A DNA stretch of 61,379 nt, counting the filler. It is 5 parts of 5 records of this genome, joined end to end, with 100 filler letters (N's around TTAATTAATTAA, not from the genome) between each part and the next. Parts side by side here need not be neighbours in the genome. Positions count along the whole stretch, not along the records: positions 19,382 to 28,332 come from SRR22947725_2275; positions 28,433 to 47,601 come from SRR22947725_2284; 3 more parts are not named here. One strand, 5' to 3'. Shown here in pieces: positions 20,133 to 30,368 of this stretch; within the stretch, counting starts at the first letter, position 1; each line of letters begins with the position of its first letter. The notes under the pieces are model-generated. The model was not told the DNA's origin. It made no database searches and saw nothing but the letters and a program-made list of their open reading frames with translations. A program made the translations under genes and the position numbers.

Positions 20133-21689
20133 TCAACGTCGCGGGTTTTGTGGCGGGGTAGTGGGTATAAATGGGAACCGTTTACGAGCTTTGGTTGCGG
20201 TCGTATTGGGGTCAATAGCGCCGCGCACATAAGCTCGTGATGCGTCAAAAGGCGGCGTGTAATCCCACGATGGAAAGACACCCTGCTTCATTGCTTCTTG
20301 AACAAATAGTCGGTTTTTTTGCGACGTCTCAACACGCTCGGCAAGATCGGGTTCATCCCAGCGATTAGCAACATGGGCGCGCATTGTTGCCAAGGTTTTG
20401 GCATATCGCGGATTACCGGCAAGATTATTTTGTTCGTTCGGATCAATCTCAAGGTTAAACATCATTTCCGGATCATTTCCACAACTGATGTATTTGATAT
20501 TCTTGTCGCGGCACATCAGCGCCGGTGCATGAACCCCCTCGCCACAATATTCAAAAAAGACAATATTCTCATCCGAGTCTGTGGCGGGCAGATCAAGCAA
20601 GCTGCGCCCGTCTATGGCGCTGGCATAGCTGTCAAATTTGCCGTCACTAGCGATATCAACGAATGTGGGTAAAAGGTCAACCAAGGTGGTCAGGGCCGAC
20701 TCCCTTTGACCGGCGGGAATTCGTGGGCCCATGCCAATCAGCGGCACACGAACCGATCCTTCAAATGGATTAAATTTAAACCACATGCCACGTTCGCCAA
20801 TCATGTCGCCATGGTCTGAAATAACAAAAACATAAGTATTGTCTAGGGTGCCGGTTTTCTCCAGTACAGCAACTAGATCACCAACGAGCGTATCAAAATA
20901 GCTGGTCATGGCAAAATAAGCATGGCGAGCGTTTTGAAGCTGCTCGTCGGTAATGTCAAATTCATCCTGCCGGATGGTCATGTAATAGCGTTGAGCCCAT
21001 GGGTCGCGATCCTTATAGGGAATACAAGCCACTTCAGGCATGCTAATTTGATCTTGATCATAAAGATCCCAGAATTCCTTAGTTGTCACAAAGGGATTAT
21101 GCGGATGGGTGAAGGATACATGCAGCAAAAAGGGCCGTTCGTCGGCAGATCGTGCCAGATCAAAAAGTTCCTGTCTCGCAGTGTTTAAAACATGCTCGTC
21201 ATAATCGATTTGCAAACTGCGATCACATAACCCTGCTTCAACTACGCTGTGGAGGCTCATGTGAGACGGCGAATATTCCTCTTCAATTTTTGACCAGTCG
21301 GCGGTCCACCCGTAATCTGATGGGTAAATATCGGTCGTTAACCGCCGCTCAAAACCATGAAGCTGATCTGGGCCAACAAAATGCATCTTGCCACATAATG
21401 TTGTCTGATAGCCAAGTGCCCGCAGATAATGGGCAAAGGTTGGTTCGGATGACAGAAATTCGCCAGCATTATCATAGACACCAACATTGGATGGTATGCG
21501 GCCAGTCATCATGCTGGCACGCGATGGGCCACAAACAGGGCTGTTACAATAGGTGTTGGTAAAGACGGTTCCTTGCGCAGCTATTTTGTCGATATGGGGA
21601 GTCAGAGCTAGCGGTTTGCCATAGGCAGCGAGGCATAACGCGGTTAATTGATCGGCCTGAACAACCAGAATATTTGGTTTACCTGTCAC
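20133..21689 (-). CDS. betC: Choline-sulfatase (BetC-like)
   Basis: CNSPVCGPSRASM, GKMHFVGPDQLHGFERRLTTDIYPSDYGWT, SFTHPHNP, SDHGDMIGERGMWFK. Confidence 0.8.
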   Translation of the reverse strand: MTGKPNILVVQADQLTALCLAAYGKPLALTPHIDKIAAQGTVFTNTYCNSPVCGPSRASMMTGRIPSNVGVYDNAGEFLSSEPTFAHYLRALGYQTTLCGKMHFVGPDQLHGFERRLTTDIYPSDYGWTADWSKIEEEYSPSHMSLHSVVEAGLCDRSLQIDYDEHVLNTARQELFDLARSADERPFLLHVSFTHPHNPFVTTKEFWDLYDQDQISMPEVACIPYKDRDPWAQRYYMTIRQDEFDITDEQLQNARHAYFAMTSYFDTLVGDLVAVLEKTGTLDNTYVFVISDHGDMIGERGMWFKFNPFEGSVRVPLIGMGPRIPAGQRESALTTLVDLLPTFVDIASDGKFDSYASAIDGRSLLDLPATDSDENIVFFEYCGEGVHAPALMCRDKNIKYISCGNDPEMMFNLEIDPNEQNNLAGNPRYAKTLATMRAHVANRWDEPDLAERVETSQKNRLFVQEAMKQGVFPSWDYTPPFDASRAYVRGAIDPNTTATKARKRFPFIPTTPPQNPRR

Positions 21690-21730
21690 GCTAAAACTCC
21701 TTGGTTATTATTCGTTATATTTTTTAGTGA

Positions 21731-23230
21731 TTAGATTTTCATTGGTGTTTGGGGTTTTTTTGGCGGTGGCCGGTTTCCCCGGAAATTCCCAAGGCTAGAC
21801 CAAGCTAAGATCTCAATCATGGCGTCTTTTCTTTGCTCAAGAAATTGAGGGTCATGCCAAAGATTCTGGGTTTCATTCCGGTCATTATTTAGATCGTATA
21901 ATTCACCATCCTGTGTGCCAGGATAAATCACATATTTCCAACGATTGTCCCGCCGCATGATGACATGTTCAGCCCCCGACTGGATATGATCACGGCCAAG
22001 CTCGGCATAAACATGGTCACGCAATTTTTCGTTTGGATCCTGCTCATCCCAACATCCAGAAGTCAGCATTTTATTCATCGCCAGCGCTTCCCAATTACTT
22101 GGTGGGTCAATACCGGCAAATTGGAGAATGGTTGGCGCGATATCCATTAGCTGGACGAGATCGTCGCATTGCTGCTGCTTTTTGACCCGGTCAGGAGCCC
22201 AAAAAACTAACGGTACCCGTGTCACGCAATCATACATTGTCCATTTCTGAATATGCCCATGTTCGCCTAACGCATCGGCATGGTCAGAACAGAAAATGAC
22301 GATGGTATTATCTAAATGTCCCTGCTTGTCGAGACAGTCCATGATCTGCCCAACTTTCTGATCAATCATCGACACGTTCGCCGCATAATAACGTTGTAGC
22401 CGCTGGATATCTTCATCCGTCAGATTTTCACGCCATGCAACACTATCTATGTTGAAATCAACCATGCTTTGACGAAGCTGCTGGTGCATCTTGGGCTGTT
22501 GGGCCAATTCCTGCTGCGATGCGGCACGATGGGGAAATTCGGTATCCTTATAAATTGCCAGAAATTCATCTGTCGGATCATATGGTGGGTGTGGGCCGGG
22601 GAAGCCAATTTGCAGAAAAAATGGGCTGTTGGCCTTGCGGTCTTCGAGCCACCAGGCCGCCGTGTCGCCAACAAAATTATCTGGATGCATATCATCATCA
22701 GTTTCCCAGGTGAAACAACCGAGGTTCTTTAAAAAAGCATCACGATCGTCTCTAACCCGCGTGTAGCGGGATGGTTTTTCCAGTCCACGCGCCTTTAACG
22801 CCTTATCCCATTCGTCGTAAAGCGCGCGTTCATGGTCCTCCAGAAATAGCGGCCGATCCTTGTTTTCAACAAAAAACCGTTGATGAAATCCGCCCTTGGC
22901 ATCATAGGGGTTTATGTGCATCTTCCCAATATTGACACAGTGATAGCCTACCTGCGCAAGCCAGCTAACCCAGTTTGGCTGCCATGTTTCAAAATTTGTA
23001 TAGACATTGGTGGTATGCGGATAGGCGCCAAGGAAAACACTCGCTCGTGATGAAACACAGACCGGCGAGGTCACAAAACAATTGGTAAAGGACGTGCCCT
23101 GTTTGACCAGCCTGTCCAGATTTGGAGTTTGCATCCAAGGGTGCCCAAGCTCGGCAATTGTGTCAGCGCGCTGCTGGTCAGTCATAATCAGAACAATATT
23201 CGGCTTTTGATGGTCGATTTTCTGGCTCAT
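21731..23230 (-). CDS. Sulfatase-family hydrolase
   Basis: PNIVLIMTDQQR, SPVCVSSRAS, GKMH, PHPPYD, SDH; non-canonical CxSxR motif. Confidence 0.9.
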   Translation of the reverse strand: MSQKIDHQKPNIVLIMTDQQRADTIAELGHPWMQTPNLDRLVKQGTSFTNCFVTSPVCVSSRASVFLGAYPHTTNVYTNFETWQPNWVSWLAQVGYHCVNIGKMHINPYDAKGGFHQRFFVENKDRPLFLEDHERALYDEWDKALKARGLEKPSRYTRVRDDRDAFLKNLGCFTWETDDDMHPDNFVGDTAAWWLEDRKANSPFFLQIGFPGPHPPYDPTDEFLAIYKDTEFPHRAASQQELAQQPKMHQQLRQSMVDFNIDSVAWRENLTDEDIQRLQRYYAANVSMIDQKVGQIMDCLDKQGHLDNTIVIFCSDHADALGEHGHIQKWTMYDCVTRVPLVFWAPDRVKKQQQCDDLVQLMDIAPTILQFAGIDPPSNWEALAMNKMLTSGCWDEQDPNEKLRDHVYAELGRDHIQSGAEHVIMRRDNRWKYVIYPGTQDGELYDLNNDRNETQNLWHDPQFLEQRKDAMIEILAWSSLGNFRGNRPPPKKPQTPMKI

Positions 23231-23311
23231 TGTCAGTCCTTGACTTATTTTTATTTAAGTTAAAAAATAAAACATGATTCTTAGATGAAATAAAGCGCAA
23301 TTGAGTTCTGA

Positions 23312-24556
23312 ATGTATACGAACACCACAAACTTTGAGGGCGTGCGACAAACCAACCGTGGCAAAGTGTTGAACTTGATTCATGAAAGTCCGGGTATTGA
23401 TCGAACTGAAATCGCGACGTCGGTTGGCATTACCAATGCGGCCATTACCAATATTGTGAGTGAGCTGATTCGCTCGCGCCTTGTTGAGGAGGGAGCGCCA
23501 TCGGTTGTTTCCCTCAATCGTGGCCGCAAGCGTGTTGGCTTATGGATCAATAAAGATGGCGGCTATGTTCTTGGCGTCACTGTCCTGGCCACCCATGCCA
23601 GCGTTACCCTTGCCGATCTATTGGGTACGGTGATTGATGAGGTTTCTTTCTACCCGAAATTGCCAGCCGACCCGTTTAGCACGCTAGATGAAGTTGCGCA
23701 TCATGCTGCGAAGATTTGCAAGCTGCATAAGGTTGCGCTATCGCGGCTGCTTGGCGTTGGATTCGCAATTGCCGGATTTTTGAACGAAACATCACAATCC
23801 TTGCAAAGTGCGCCTTATCTTGGCTGGCCGAAATTTGATTTGCGTGACGAACTTTGGCTTCGCTTCAAATGTCCTTTGGTGATCGAAAATGTTACGCGCT
23901 GTATTGCCATTGCCGAAACCCGTATAGGCAGTTTTATTGGCGCAAAAAATTTGGTTGTTGTGCGAGCCGCGTTGGGTGTCGGTGGTGCGATTATCAGTGA
24001 TGGCGAGCTTTTGACTGGCAATCGGTATTTGGCTGGCGATCTTGGCCATCTTCTTGCCGAGCGCGATGGTGTTTTATGTTCATGCGGTAAACGCGGATGT
24101 TTGAATACTGTGGCATCGGGATGGTCGATTATCCACAAGCTGGGCATGGGAGATTCTGGCTACGAGAACATCAAGCAATTTCGTTCGCATGATAAGTTGC
24201 TGCGCGACATAATCAATGACTGCAATGACGAAGATTCACAAACGGCTGATTTGGTGCGTAATGCTGGTGCGTTGCTCGGTACGCATTTGGTCAATGTGCT
24301 GCAAGTCTTAGACACAGAATTTTGCGTCCTAACTGGGCCACTAGGTCGAAATCGAATTTATGTAGAGGCGTTTCGGAACCGACTTATCGAGTTTGGTTAT
24401 CTGGGGAAAGTTGTCTGTAGCGAGGATACAAATGTGCTGTCACCCGCAGCCGCATCTGTTGGGTTAGCGCTGTCCAACCTGGTGTTCTCAGCAAGTTTGA
24501 ATGTCGATGCATTAATGGCTGAATCACTCAACCACTCAATAGCAGGGAGGCGCTGA
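23312..24556 (+). CDS. ROK family transcriptional repressor
   Basis: N-terminal HTH (RTEIATSVGITNAAITNIVSELI), RGRKR linker, GDLGH...CSCGKRGCL Zn motif. Confidence 0.92.
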   Translation: MYTNTTNFEGVRQTNRGKVLNLIHESPGIDRTEIATSVGITNAAITNIVSELIRSRLVEEGAPSVVSLNRGRKRVGLWINKDGGYVLGVTVLATHASVTLADLLGTVIDEVSFYPKLPADPFSTLDEVAHHAAKICKLHKVALSRLLGVGFAIAGFLNETSQSLQSAPYLGWPKFDLRDELWLRFKCPLVIENVTRCIAIAETRIGSFIGAKNLVVVRAALGVGGAIISDGELLTGNRYLAGDLGHLLAERDGVLCSCGKRGCLNTVASGWSIIHKLGMGDSGYENIKQFRSHDKLLRDIINDCNDEDSQTADLVRNAGALLGTHLVNVLQVLDTEFCVLTGPLGRNRIYVEAFRNRLIEFGYLGKVVCSEDTNVLSPAAASVGLALSNLVFSASLNVDALMAESLNHSIAGRR

Positions 24557-24558
24557 CG

Positions 24559-26445
24559 ATGACCTTAGGTTCGATACTTGAGGGTTTTCGCTTGGGTGCG
24601 CCCAATTTGGTTGGTTCAATCCGCAATTTGGTGGCAGTCACCCTCGCGTTATTCAGCATTTATTCAGCATTTTTTGGTGTGTTTTCGGACATGCTGCAAC
24701 GCGGGTTCCATCTCGCGCTAGTTGTGTTGCTGATCTTTAGCGCCAGTATGGTCGGCTGGCGACAATCGGATTGGAAAAAACTGGTTTTGGACAGCGCGCT
24801 GATGTGTGTCGGGTTTGGAGTGCTGATCTATCATGTGGTGTTTTTTGACGCTGTTGCATCGCGATGGGGTGAATTGACTGATCTGGAACTATGGCTTGGT
24901 ATCTTATGTATTATCACCCTGCTTGAGGCAACACGCCGATCTATCGGTTGGCCAATTGTGATACTGGCGTTGGTGTTTTTGTTTTATGCTTTCATTGGAC
25001 CGATGCTTCCTGGTTTGTTTTTTCACCGTGGTTATTCGCTTGAGCGTGTCGTTGGGCATCTTTATTTAGGCGGTGGCGGTATTTTTGGAACGCCGCTTGG
25101 CGTTAGCGCGACTTTTGTCATTATGATTGTTATTTTTGGCGCGATGCTTGAGCGTTCAGGCGCGGGTAATGTGTTGATGGATATCGCCACCAGCGCCACT
25201 GGCAAATCGCGTGGCGGCCCGGCAAAAGCTGCTGTTGTCGGCAGTAGTCTGATGGGCATGATTTCAGGCACCGCCGTGGCAAATGTTCTAACCACTGGAA
25301 CCATTTCAATTCCCTTGATGAAACGTAACGGGTATAAGCCCAAAGTTGCTGGGGCTATCGAAGCTGTGGCATCGACCGGTGGGCAATTAATGCCGCCGGT
25401 TATGGGGGCGGCAGCCTTTATTATGGCGGATATTATTGAACGCCCCTATCTGGAGATTGCCAGTGCAGCAATTTTGCCTGCCGTGCTTTTTTATGTTGTG
25501 CTGTTCTCGGTCGTGCATCTTGAAGCTGTGAAATCGAACATCAGTGTATTGAAGGCGGATGAATTACCCAAATTCATTCCAACGATCGTTTCTGGCGGGC
25601 ATATGCTGCTGTCATTGCCGGTCTTTGCCTACATGCTAATTGACGGTTATTCGGTTATGTATTCTTCTTTTTGGGCAATCATTGTCACTGTTCTTGCTAG
25701 CTTTGCACGTAAAGCGTCGCGTTTAACGCTTGCCAAAATTTTTGATAGTTTTATCGCTGGCGTTAGTTCTGCCTTGCCTGTCGCCGCGGCTTGTGCAACC
25801 GCGGGTATTATCATTGGCGTTATAACGCTGACCGGTCTTGGCCTGAAATTTAGCTCACTCATCATCGCTGTGTCGGGGAATAATTTGTTTCTGGCGCTGT
25901 TTTTGACCATGGTCGCATCGCTGATCCTTGGGATGGGTTTGCCAACAGCCGCTGCCTATATCTTGGTGGCAACGCTCGTTGCTCCAGCGCTGGTCAGTCT
26001 TGGTGTCGACTTGCTGGCGGCACATTTATTTGTGTTTTATGGCGCTATGTTGTCGTCAATCACCCCGCCGGTTGCAATGGCTGCTTATGCGGCAGCAGGA
26101 CTTGCCGGGGCAAACCCGTTCAAAATTGCGTTATGTTCGGCCCAATTTGGAATCTGCGCATTCATAATGCCATTCTTCTTTGTGTTGAATCCGGCGCTGA
26201 TTGGTATTGGTAGTGCAGTAACGATTGGTATTTTTGTCGTGAAAGCAGTGATTGCATGTGTCTGTTTGGCCTTTGCAATTCAAGGCTGGGTCTTTTCACG
26301 CCTGAATTTGATCAGCCGTGCTGGGTTCTTTACCGGTGCCCTTTTGATGATGATGCCGCAACTAAAAATTTCGATGATTGGCGCTGCCTTATTGGTTGCG
26401 TTATGTCTGTTTGCGTTTCTATCACGCCCCAAGATAGAGGAGTGA
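24559..26445 (+). CDS. TAXI-TRAP transporter fused 4TM/12TM permease
   Basis: GGPAKAAVVGS, SGTAVANV, EAVASTGGQLMPPVMGAAAF, GMGLPTAAAY, ITPPVA. Confidence 0.95.
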   Translation: MTLGSILEGFRLGAPNLVGSIRNLVAVTLALFSIYSAFFGVFSDMLQRGFHLALVVLLIFSASMVGWRQSDWKKLVLDSALMCVGFGVLIYHVVFFDAVASRWGELTDLELWLGILCIITLLEATRRSIGWPIVILALVFLFYAFIGPMLPGLFFHRGYSLERVVGHLYLGGGGIFGTPLGVSATFVIMIVIFGAMLERSGAGNVLMDIATSATGKSRGGPAKAAVVGSSLMGMISGTAVANVLTTGTISIPLMKRNGYKPKVAGAIEAVASTGGQLMPPVMGAAAFIMADIIERPYLEIASAAILPAVLFYVVLFSVVHLEAVKSNISVLKADELPKFIPTIVSGGHMLLSLPVFAYMLIDGYSVMYSSFWAIIVTVLASFARKASRLTLAKIFDSFIAGVSSALPVAAACATAGIIIGVITLTGLGLKFSSLIIAVSGNNLFLALFLTMVASLILGMGLPTAAAYILVATLVAPALVSLGVDLLAAHLFVFYGAMLSSITPPVAMAAYAAAGLAGANPFKIALCSAQFGICAFIMPFFFVLNPALIGIGSAVTIGIFVVKAVIACVCLAFAIQGWVFSRLNLISRAGFFTGALLMMMPQLKISMIGAALLVALCLFAFLSRPKIEE

Positions 26446-26590
26446 GTGAGCAAGGTCTGGATTAATGGGGCAGTCCAAGTCCAACAGGAGTTGTGATTTT
26501 CAAGATGGAGAAATGGTGCAGGATAAGCCCAACAAAGCTTGAGATTACAATATTCAATTCATCTGCCTTATTTAACTTAGGGAGCAAAAC

Positions 26591-27589
26591 ATGAATAAAT
26601 ATCTAAAATCGATCGGGTTAACAGCATTTTCTTTAGTCCTTGGCAGTCTGGGGACAGCGTCCTTTGCGAATGCAAAAACACAGATATCCATTGGCTCATG
26701 TCCGGTTGGATGCACCGCCTATACATGGTCAGCTGGTATTGCGGATGTTATTAATCGCAATGTTTCCGAGGTCAATGTGACCGCTGAAGAAACCAAAGGT
26801 TATGTGGCGAACGTTAAATTGCTGAATAGCGGTGATCTGGAAGTGTCAATGGCAACAACACTGTCGTCATACGGTGCTTATGTCGCAAAAGGCGCTTATG
26901 CCGGTGGTAAGCCAGGGCAGATTTTGAGCTGGCTGTCAATCGCACCGGTCGCCATGCATGTTATTACGCTTGAAGGTGGGCCAGTGAATTCGCTTGCTGA
27001 TCTAAAAGGCAAACGTGTCGGCATGGGTCAGCCAGGCGGTGTGTCGATGCTTGATGCTGATGCTATGATGGAGCAGCTTGGACTGACGCCTGGCACAGAT
27101 TTCAAGGATTTTCGGGTAAAGCTCGGCAATATGGCGAATATGCTTGCGGATGGAAACCTTGACGCAGCCCTATGGAACGGAAGTTTTCCACTGCCTCCGG
27201 TGATCAAGCTGGGTGCCAAGAAAAAAGTTAAGTTACTGCCTATTTCAGATGCATTCTTTGCTGATATTCAGAAAAAATATCCGCCATATTTTCGCATTTC
27301 AATTCCAGCTGGAACCTATAAAGGGATTGACACAGCAACGCCAAGCTACGGTTTGGGGAATGCATTGGTGATCCATGCAAAAGTATCAGAAGATATCGTA
27401 TATAAGATGACGAAGGCTATTATGGAAAATCTTGACCACTTGAAAACAGTTCACCCAGCCTTTGGGCGGGTCAATAAAAACACTGTTTTGAACGGCTTTG
27501 GCGCACCTCTGCATCCGGGTGCGCTTCGGTATTACCGTGAAATCAATTTGCCGGGTATTGAAGAGTTTGTAAAACGGACTAGTAACTAG
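26591..27589 (+). CDS. TAXI family TRAP solute-binding protein
   Basis: Signal peptide, ETKGYVANV, DLKGKRVGMG, PLHPGALRYYRE. Confidence 0.95.
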   Translation: MNKYLKSIGLTAFSLVLGSLGTASFANAKTQISIGSCPVGCTAYTWSAGIADVINRNVSEVNVTAEETKGYVANVKLLNSGDLEVSMATTLSSYGAYVAKGAYAGGKPGQILSWLSIAPVAMHVITLEGGPVNSLADLKGKRVGMGQPGGVSMLDADAMMEQLGLTPGTDFKDFRVKLGNMANMLADGNLDAALWNGSFPLPPVIKLGAKKKVKLLPISDAFFADIQKKYPPYFRISIPAGTYKGIDTATPSYGLGNALVIHAKVSEDIVYKMTKAIMENLDHLKTVHPAFGRVNKNTVLNGFGAPLHPGALRYYREINLPGIEEFVKRTSN

Positions 27590-27599
27590 ACCATTATTG

Positions 27600-27633
27600 A
27601 ACCTGGTTGGCCATTCAAATGGCTAGCCAGGTT
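27600..27633 (+). terminator. Stem-loop after the TAXI SBP gene (mRNA stabiliser or partial terminator)
   Basis: AACCTGGTTGGCCATT...AATGGCTAGCCAGGTT long hairpin with G-U pairs; no clear U-tract. Confidence 0.6.
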
Positions 27634-27661
27634 TGCCCCCATTTTGAAAGAGTGCAGCTAT

Positions 27662-28332
27662 ATGAAAACTGTCTTTGTGCTTTTAGATTCACTCAATCGA
27701 AATGCCATGCAGCCATATGGCTCACGCACTGTTCAAACGCCAAATTTCAGTCGCTTTCAACAGCGTGCGATTACCTTTGATAATCATTATGTTGGCAGCC
27801 TTCCTTGTATGCCTGCGCGCCGTGATCTTCATACCGGACGCAATCATTTTTTGCATCGCAGTTGGGGGCCTCTGGAACCATTTGACGACTCATTCCCCGA
27901 ACTGTTGAAACAAAATGGCGTCTATAGCCATCTGATTACAGACCATCACCATTATTTTGCTGATGGCGGCGCGACATACCATCAGCGTTTTTCGTCTTGG
28001 GAGCTGGTGAGGGGGCAGGCAATTGACCGGTGGAAAGCCGAGGTAGAGCCTGATTTAGCCGCTCTCAAATCGGCGTATCATCCGGTTCAGCATCACCGTA
28101 CAAACTATATGATCAACCGGCAGTCAATGACGAAGGAAGAAGATTACTGCGCGCCACAATTATTTAAAATGGCGGATGAATTTCTGCAAAAGAATCATCA
28201 GGCGGATAGTTGGTTATTGCAGCTAGAATGTTTCGATCCACACGAGCCTTTTCATGCGCCGCAACGGTTTCGCGAACTTTATCCAACAAGCTATGAAGGG
28301 CCAATTCTGGATTGGCCGATCTATGATAGGGT
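27662..28332 (+). CDS. Sulfatase-family hydrolase, 3'-truncated by the contig end
   Basis: VLLDSLNR, SLPCMPARRDL (CxPxR), FDPHEPF; start taken at MKTVFV. Confidence 0.9.
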
Positions 28333-28432
28333 NNNNNNNNNNNNNNNNNNNNNNNNNNNNNNNNNNNNNNNNNNNNTTAATTAATTAANNNNNNNNNNNN
28401 NNNNNNNNNNNNNNNNNNNNNNNNNNNNNNNN
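28333..28432. other. Artificial contig spacer
   Basis: N44-TTAATTAATTAA-N44. Confidence 0.99.
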
Positions 28433-28433
28433 T

Positions 28434-28859
28434 AATAATGGTTTGCGGTTTTTTGGGCGTTCTGATGCTGTTTTAAATCCTGGGGGTGTACGGATTGGTA
28501 CAGCCGAAATATATCGTATCGTAGAAGCTATGGAGGAAGTGCTTGAAGGAATTGTGATTGGACAAAATATCGGTGATGACCAAAGAGTTGTTCTCTTTCT
28601 TCGATTAAAAGAGACTTTTTTGTTAAATAATACTCTAATTAATAAAATTAAAGATACTATTAGGATGAAAGCAACGCCTAGACATGTTCCAGCAATAATT
28701 TTAAAAGTTGATGATATCCCTAGAACGAAATCTGGTAAAATTGCAGAAATTGCAGTCCGAGATACAGTTCATGGGTTGGAAATTAAAAATTCAGCATCGT
28801 TAGCAAATCCTGATTCACTCAAATATTATAAAAATATTCCAGAACTTAATATTATATGA
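28434..28859 (+). CDS. Acetoacetate--CoA ligase, C-terminal fragment (5'-truncated by the contig edge)
   Basis: GRSDAVLNPGGVRIGTAEIYR, PRHVP, IPRTKSGKIAEIAV, SLANP. Confidence 0.9.
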   Translation, partial: NNGLRFFGRSDAVLNPGGVRIGTAEIYRIVEAMEEVLEGIVIGQNIGDDQRVVLFLRLKETFLLNNTLINKIKDTIRMKATPRHVPAIILKVDDIPRTKSGKIAEIAVRDTVHGLEIKNSASLANPDSLKYYKNIPELNII

Positions 28860-28915
28860 TGAAATTTTGAATTAATTTATGATATTAAGTAACAACATTT
28901 ATAAGCATTGATTAT

Positions 28916-29285
28916 TTACATATAAATAGTTTCAAAAAGTGTAAATAATGCAGAAAATGTCAACAAATATAGTACAATAGCTTTAAAGTTTTTATAGGAA
29001 TATTTGTGGAATAAAACTGAGCCGGTCCAAGCGCCCAATAAAATTGCAGGACTTGCAAGTAATGCATAGAAAATCGTTTGATAGTTTATTAATCCAAATA
29101 TTAAAAAGCTAATGACTGATATGCATATAATAGTAGCAGAAAGCATGGTTATATTGGCTCGTGTAATTAAACTACTTTCACCTCTTGCAAGAATAGCTAC
29201 TGCAAAAAAAGGACCAGCCATTCCAGCCAAGCCTTGAGTAACTCCTGATATAGCACCAAGTATGAAGTTGGCTTTTGCTGAAAAT
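28916..29285 (-). pseudogene. TauE/SafE sulfite-exporter family gene, C-terminal half only
   Basis: Frame reads ..ANFILGAISGVTQGLAGMAGPFFAVAIL..ITRAN..PAILLGAWTG, typical of the second repeat of TauE; upstream it runs into the divergent Rieske gene with no N-terminal half. Confidence 0.7.
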
Positions 29286-29303
29286 AAAGAATAGGGAATT
29301 CTA

Positions 29304-30344
29304 ATGTTTTTAAAAAACGCATGGTATGTTGCAGCTTGGGCAAATGAAATTAGCCATAATTTGCAACAAATTACTGTTTTAAGCCAAAAAATATGTATCT
29401 TTAAATCTCAATCTGGTGATTTTATAGCATTAGAAGATGCATGCCCTCACCGAAAAATGCCATTATCAAAAGGTAGAATTAAGGGTGACACAGTTGAATG
29501 CGGATATCATGGATTAACTTTTGATTGTGCTGGCAAATGTGTATGGGCCCCTGGTCAAGGACATATTCCATCTGATGCAAAAGTACATTCATATCCATTG
29601 CATGAAAAATATGGATTAATATGGATATGGATGGGTAATACTGCTCTTGCCGATCATCATGATATTTTTGAAATTGAAAATTATGATGATCCATCATGGG
29701 GCATAAACCAAGGCGATGCTATGGCGTTGGATTGTAACTACTTACTAATGTGCGACAACCTTTTGGACCCTACTCATGTTGCATGGGTCCATGCAGGTAG
29801 TTTTGGTCAACCTGCAACAAAAAATACTCCTTTGAGAGTGAAAAAAACTGATGATGGTATTATTGTTCACCGTTGGATGTTGGATGTAGAGCCCGCCCCT
29901 TTTTATAAAAAGGTAATAGAATTCAAAGGAAATTGTGATCGTTTACAACACTATGAAGTGAGATATCCATCACATGCACTCATAAAAGCAGTTTTCACAC
30001 CTGCAGGAACTGGAGGGCCAGATGGCCCCCTACATAAAGATGTCTTCATCATGGATAGTTATAATTTTATGACACCAGTAACAGAAAGTGAAACTCGCTA
30101 TTACTGGTTCCAGCTTCGAAACATACATCCCAATGATCCAAAATTATCTCAATTAATGACAGAAGATGTACAAAAAGCATTTGAAGAAGATCGTAATGTT
30201 CTAAATGAAGTTCAAAAAGGTATGGCAAATAAAACTTCACCACATATAGATTTACCGATTGATGCTGGACAGCTCCGATTTAGACGCCAATTGCAGGCTA
30301 TGATTAATGAGGAAGAACAAGTTGATAAACAAATGGCTAAATAA
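29304..30344 (+). CDS. Rieske non-heme iron oxygenase alpha subunit (VanA-like demethylase family)
   Basis: FLKNAWYVAAW, CPHR...CGYHG Rieske motif, DNLLDPTHVAWVH mononuclear Fe motif, AFEED. Confidence 0.92.
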   Translation: MFLKNAWYVAAWANEISHNLQQITVLSQKICIFKSQSGDFIALEDACPHRKMPLSKGRIKGDTVECGYHGLTFDCAGKCVWAPGQGHIPSDAKVHSYPLHEKYGLIWIWMGNTALADHHDIFEIENYDDPSWGINQGDAMALDCNYLLMCDNLLDPTHVAWVHAGSFGQPATKNTPLRVKKTDDGIIVHRWMLDVEPAPFYKKVIEFKGNCDRLQHYEVRYPSHALIKAVFTPAGTGGPDGPLHKDVFIMDSYNFMTPVTESETRYYWFQLRNIHPNDPKLSQLMTEDVQKAFEEDRNVLNEVQKGMANKTSPHIDLPIDAGQLRFRRQLQAMINEEEQVDKQMAK

Positions 30345-30368
30345 ACGATAAATGGGGTTATTTTTGAT

